A DNA stretch of 53,765 nt. Source: Burkholderiales bacterium (GTDB lineage Bacteria; Pseudomonadota; Gammaproteobacteria; Burkholderiales; Burkholderiaceae_C). Positions 48,662 through 53,765 of the stretch are shown here, piece by piece. The DNA lies in assembly GCA_038258415.1 (NCBI GenBank), contig JBBSPY010000001.1, forward strand, positions 1 through 53,765, given 5' to 3'. The notes under the pieces are model-generated. The model had not been told where the DNA came from. It saw only the letters and a program-made list of their open reading frames with translations, and did no database searches. The translations under genes were made by a program, and so were the position numbers. How positions within the stretch are numbered: position 1 is the stretch's first letter; every line of letters starts with the position of its first letter.

Positions 48662-49578
48662 TGCGCACACTCGTCACCGGTGCCGGTGGCTTCATCGGCC
48701 GCGCATTGGTCGCGCGCCTGCATGACGCTGCGGACAGCGACGACGAAGTGCGCACGACCGACGTCGGCGACGGCGACATCGCCGATCCGGTGCACGTCGC
48801 ACGCCTCTTCGCGGAGCCGGTCGATCGGGTCTTCCACCTCGCCGGCGTCGTCAGCGGCGCGGCCGAGGCCGACGTCGTTGCCGCCGAGCGCGTGAACGTC
48901 GCCGCGACACTGGAACTCCTGCGCCAATGCCGGCGACAGCGCGACGCGGGCGGGCCCCTCGTTCGCTTCGTCTACGCGAGTTCGATCGCCGTATTCGGCG
49001 TGCCGCTGCCGGCCCGCATCGGCGACGACACCGAACCGGCGCCGACGCTCAGCTACGGTACGCACAAGCGCGTCTGCGAGCTCATGCTCGACGACGCGTC
49101 GCGACGGGGCGATGTCGACGGTCGCGCCTTGCGCCTGGCTGGCGTGGTCGTTCGCCCGCGCGGTCCGCACGGCGCCCGCTCGGCGTTCAACAGCGACCTG
49201 ATCCGCGAGCCGCTCGCCGGACGCGACGTCGTCTGCCCGGTCGGTCCGCAGGCGACGATCTGGGTCGTGTCGCGCCGCGCGGCGGTCGAGAGCCTGCTGC
49301 GGCTCGCCGACGTCGACGCGGCGCGGCTCGGCACGATGCGCGCGGTCACCGCGCCGGCGCTCGCGGTATCGGTCGCCGGTGTCGTCGCCGCGGTCACGCG
49401 CGCCGCCGCGTCGGCGGCGGGCCGGGTGCGCTTCGACCCGCAGCCGCACATCGAGGATCAGTTCGGCCGCTGGCCACTCTCGTGCACCTTCGAGCGCGCC
49501 CGCGCGCTCGGCCTCTCGGCCGACGACTCGCTCGATGCGATCGTCGCCGATCACCTCACGACCCTCGAGTCTCCATGA
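48661..49578 (+). CDS. Extended SDR, D-erythronate dehydrogenase (DenD)-like
   Basis: [20 protein letters not shown] and DGRALRL...IREPLAG. Confidence 0.82.
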   Translation: MRTLVTGAGGFIGRALVARLHDAADSDDEVRTTDVGDGDIADPVHVARLFAEPVDRVFHLAGVVSGAAEADVVAAERVNVAATLELLRQCRRQRDAGGPLVRFVYASSIAVFGVPLPARIGDDTEPAPTLSYGTHKRVCELMLDDASRRGDVDGRALRLAGVVVRPRGPHGARSAFNSDLIREPLAGRDVVCPVGPQATIWVVSRRAAVESLLRLADVDAARLGTMRAVTAPALAVSVAGVVAAVTRAAASAAGRVRFDPQPHIEDQFGRWPLSCTFERARALGLSADDSLDAIVADHLTTLESP

Positions 49579-51272
49579 CCGACATCGTCTCGAAGCTCCG
49601 ATCCGCCGTCATCCAGGAAGGCCTCGACCGCGCGCCGCATCGCGCCTTCCTGCGCGCGACCGGCATGGCCGACGCCGACATGGGCAAGCCGATGGTGGGC
49701 ATCGTCAGCCAGCACGGCGAGAACACGCCGTGCTCGATGTCGCTCGGGCCGCAGGCCGACGCGGCGCGGCTCGGCGTCGCGGCCGGGCAGGGCGTTCCGG
49801 TGCCGTTCACGACCATCTCGGTCTCCGACGGCGTCTCGATGAACCACCGCGGCATGCGCATGAGCCTGGTGTCGCGCGAACTGATCGCCGATTCCATCGA
49901 GGCGGTGATGCGCGCTCACGCCTACGACGCGCTCGTCGGCTTTGCCGGCTGCGACAAGACGCTGCCCGGCGTGATGATGGCGATGGTGCGGCTGAACGTG
50001 CCGAGCGTCTTCGTCTACGGCGGGGCCATGCTGCCCGGTCACTGGCGCGGCCGGGACGTGACCATCCTCACCACCTACGAGGGCGTCGGCTCGGTGCTCG
50101 CCGGCACGATGACCGAAGCCGAACTCGACGAACTCGGCCACGCCTGCGCACCGACGCTCGGTTCGTGCCCGGGCCAGTTCACCGCCAACACGATGGCGAT
50201 GGTGGCCGAGACGCTCGGGCTCGCCTTGCCGGGCTCGGCGATGCTGCCTGCCGTGTACACCGAGCGGCTCGCGCTGGCGCGGCAGGCGGGCCTGCGCGCG
50301 ACGCAACTCGTCCGCGACCGCGGACCGCTGCCGCGCGACCTCATCACGCGCAAGTCGCTCGAGAACGCGGCAGCCGCGGTCGCCGCCACCGGCGGGTCGA
50401 CCAACGCCGGACTGCACCTGCCGGCGATCGCCCACGAAGCCGGCATCCGCTTCACGCTCGACGACGTCGCCGACGTGTTCGCCCGCACGCCGCTCATCGC
50501 CGACCTGCAGCCGGGAGGGCGCTTCCTCGCCGTTGACCTGCACCGGGTCGGCGGGGTAGCACCGGTGCTCAAGTCACTGCTCGACGCCGGGCACCTGCAT
50601 GGCGATGCGCTCACGCTCGCCGGCACGACGCTCGCCGAAGCGCTCGCCTCGGCGCCGGCGCCCGACGGAGCCGTCGTTCGCGCGGCGAGCGCGGCGCTGA
50701 GCGAAACCGGCGGCGTCGTCGTGCTCAAGGGCAACCTCGCGCCCGACGGTGCGCTGATCAAGATCGCGGGCCTGAAGCGCAGCGTCTTCGAGGGACCGGC
50801 CCGCGTCTTCGAGTGCGAGGAGGACGCCTTCGCCGCCGTCACGACGCAGGCCTACGCGGAAGGCGACGTGCTCGTCATCCGCAACGAGGGCCCGCGCGGC
50901 GGACCCGGGATGCGCGAGATGCTCGGCGTCACCGCGCTCGTCTACGGACAGGGCATGGGCGAGAAAGTCGCGCTGCTGACCGATGGTCGCTTCTCGGGCG
51001 CGACCCGCGGCCTGATGGTGGGCTACATCGGCCCGGAGGCCTCGCTGGGCGGGCCGATCGCGTTGCTGCGGGACGGGGATCGGATCCGCATCGACGGCGA
51101 ACGACGTGCTCTCGATGTGTTGCTGGAGGCGGACGAACTGGAGCGTCGTCGCGCAGCCTGGAGGCCGCAGCGCAGCGAGCGCCTGAGCGGCGTGCTGGAG
51201 AAATACGAGAAGCTGGTCGGGCCGGCGCACCTGGGCGCCGTCACGCACTCGGGGCCGGCGCAGGCGAACTAG
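49575..51272 (+). CDS. IlvD/Edd family dehydratase
   Basis: [30 protein letters not shown] and TDGRFSG; ATGA overlap with the upstream gene. Confidence 0.92.
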   Translation: MTDIVSKLRSAVIQEGLDRAPHRAFLRATGMADADMGKPMVGIVSQHGENTPCSMSLGPQADAARLGVAAGQGVPVPFTTISVSDGVSMNHRGMRMSLVSRELIADSIEAVMRAHAYDALVGFAGCDKTLPGVMMAMVRLNVPSVFVYGGAMLPGHWRGRDVTILTTYEGVGSVLAGTMTEAELDELGHACAPTLGSCPGQFTANTMAMVAETLGLALPGSAMLPAVYTERLALARQAGLRATQLVRDRGPLPRDLITRKSLENAAAAVAATGGSTNAGLHLPAIAHEAGIRFTLDDVADVFARTPLIADLQPGGRFLAVDLHRVGGVAPVLKSLLDAGHLHGDALTLAGTTLAEALASAPAPDGAVVRAASAALSETGGVVVLKGNLAPDGALIKIAGLKRSVFEGPARVFECEEDAFAAVTTQAYAEGDVLVIRNEGPRGGPGMREMLGVTALVYGQGMGEKVALLTDGRFSGATRGLMVGYIGPEASLGGPIALLRDGDRIRIDGERRALDVLLEADELERRRAAWRPQRSERLSGVLEKYEKLVGPAHLGAVTHSGPAQAN

Positions 51273-51294
51273 CGCCGGCCGACCAAAGCCGCGA

Positions 51295-51462
51295 TCACTT
51301 CAGCTTCACTTCCTTGTAGCTCACGTGCTTGCGAGCCTTCGGATCGAACTTCATCATCTCGAGCTTCTCCGGCGTCGTCTTCTTGTTCTTGTCGGTCGTG
51401 TAGAAGTGACCGGTCCCGGCGCTCGATTCGAGCTTGATCTTCTCGCGTCCACCCTTGGCCAT
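51295..51462 (-). CDS. rpmG: 50S ribosomal protein L33
   Basis: Hand translation [55 protein letters not shown]; below the track length cutoff. Confidence 0.97.
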   Translation of the reverse strand: MAKGGREKIKLESSAGTGHFYTTDKNKKTTPEKLEMMKFDPKARKHVSYKEVKLK

Positions 51463-51476
51463 GCTGTTCTCCTAGC

Positions 51477-51710
51477 TCAGAGCTTGCCGGCGGCGCGCAT
51501 GTCGGCGACGACCTGCTCGATGCCGACCTTGTCGATGAGGCGCAGCGCGGCGTTGGAAATTCGCAGGCGAATCCAGCGGTTCTCGCCATCGACCCAGAAA
51601 CGGCGGTAGTGCAGGTTCGGCAGGAACCGGCGCTTGGTCTTGTTGTTGGCGTGGGAGACGTTGTTCCCGGTCATCGGGCGCTTGCCCGTGACTTCGCATA
51701 CGCGTGCCAT
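51477..51710 (-). CDS. rpmB: 50S ribosomal protein L28
   Basis: [33 protein letters not shown]; GGAGGT RBS; TAGAAT at 51743-51748. Confidence 0.97.
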   Translation of the reverse strand: MARVCEVTGKRPMTGNNVSHANNKTKRRFLPNLHYRRFWVDGENRWIRLRISNAALRLIDKVGIEQVVADMRAAGKL

Positions 51711-51750
51711 GTCGGCACCTCCGAAATTCCGCAAAACCCGGGATTCTAGC

Positions 51751-52818
<1,068 letters not shown>

Positions 52819-52866
52819 TCACGCGGCCGGCCCACCGAACCCACGACTCGACAAGGCGACCGATCC

Positions 52867-53532
52867 ATGGCGATGCTTTCCAACCTCGATCTGATCCGGC
52901 GCGTGCCGCTGTTCTCGCTGCTCACCAACGAGCAGGCCCAGGGCATCGCCGATGCCGTCGTGAAACGGCGCTTTCGCCGCGGCGAGATCGTCGTCGAGCA
53001 CGGCAAGAAGTCGAATGCGCTCTTCATCCTGCTGACCGGCAGGGCCCGCGTGCTCACGGCCGATTCTCGCGGCCGCGAGGTGATCCTCGCGGTGCTGCAG
53101 TCGGGCGACTACGTCGGCGAAATGAGCCTGATCGACAACGAGCCGCACTCCGCAACGGTGCGTTCCGAGGTGCAGACCGACATGCTCATCCTCGGCCGCG
53201 CCGAGTTCGCGCGCTGCCTGCCGGAGAACTCGAGCCTCAGCTACGCGATCATGCGCGGCCTGGTCCATCGCCTGCGGTCGGCCGACCGGCAGATCGAATC
53301 GCTCGCCCTGCTCGATGTATACGGCCGGGTCGCCCGCACGCTGCTCGACATGGCCGAGATGGACGGCGAGCTGAAGATCATTCGCAGCAAGGTGTCGCGG
53401 CAGGACCTGGCGAAGGTCGTCGGTGCGTCGCGCGAGATGGTCAGCCGCGTCATGAAAGACCTCGAAAGCCGGGGCATGGTGCAGACGCAGGAGAACGGCT
53501 GGGTGGTGATCAAGGAACAGCTGACGGCCTGA
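52867..53532 (+). CDS. Crp/Fnr family transcriptional regulator
   Basis: cNMP-binding GEMSL...HSAT and HTH RQDLAKVVGASREMVSR. Confidence 0.92.
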   Translation: MAMLSNLDLIRRVPLFSLLTNEQAQGIADAVVKRRFRRGEIVVEHGKKSNALFILLTGRARVLTADSRGREVILAVLQSGDYVGEMSLIDNEPHSATVRSEVQTDMLILGRAEFARCLPENSSLSYAIMRGLVHRLRSADRQIESLALLDVYGRVARTLLDMAEMDGELKIIRSKVSRQDLAKVVGASREMVSRVMKDLESRGMVQTQENGWVVIKEQLTA

Positions 53533-53603
53533 GCCGTTGCGCGGCTCCGATGGAGCCGCTCTGGCGCGGTGGCTGACGTCGTCGCTTGATCGACAATCGG
53601 CGG

Positions 53604-53765
53604 ATGACGTTTCCTCTCGGATCGCTCGGTCCCGCGGGCCTCGATCGCACTTCCGGATCGCCGACCAGGACGGTCGCCGCCGCTGCGTCGGGCAGCACGT
53701 GGCAGCTGCAGCTGGTGTTGCTGGTGGGTGCCGTCGTCTGGTTGCTCGCCGTGATCGCGCTGGCG
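53604..53765 (+). CDS. ftsK: DNA translocase FtsK, N-terminal fragment (runs off the window)
   Basis: MTFPLGSL... followed by a TM helix; its position after trxB-crp matches the usual ftsK context. Only 54 codons are visible. Confidence 0.6.
   Translation, partial: MTFPLGSLGPAGLDRTSGSPTRTVAAAASGSTWQLQLVLLVGAVVWLLAVIALA

Overview
High-GC betaproteobacterial chromosome segment. The gene set and order (purN, rsmB-like, desaturase, rpmG, rpmB, trxB, crp-like, ftsK beginning MTFPLGSL) resemble Rubrivivax/Methylibium/Ideonella-type Burkholderiales; this is recalled similarity, not a search result. Housekeeping genes (PPi-type pfk, pepN, prfB with its +1 frameshift, plsY, trpS, tRNA-Thr(CGT)) alternate with accessory blocks. 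These blocks are: an orphan pilin; a SenA/EgtB-like iron enzyme coupled to clsC-like and yfdC-like genes; a form II coxSLMDEG cluster; a PqqU-like receptor next to a sorbosone dehydrogenase-family lipoprotein; an Ig/FG-GAP lipoprotein beside the tRNA; a decayed Phd-PIN toxin-antitoxin pair; sorTU with sulP; an unknown 475-aa protein; and a TRAP/aldolase/DenD-like/IlvD-like acid catabolism block. The best candidate for an undescribed system is 28895-32302, possibly extending to 35907. It encodes a PchB-like AroQ protein, a Bug/TctC binding protein and a fused TrpE(G) homologue with a dead glutaminase triad and a rewired chorismate site, directly upstream of sulfite dehydrogenase. No CRISPR array, IS element, integrase or rRNA was seen. 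Family calls are by eye from motifs; no database search was run.
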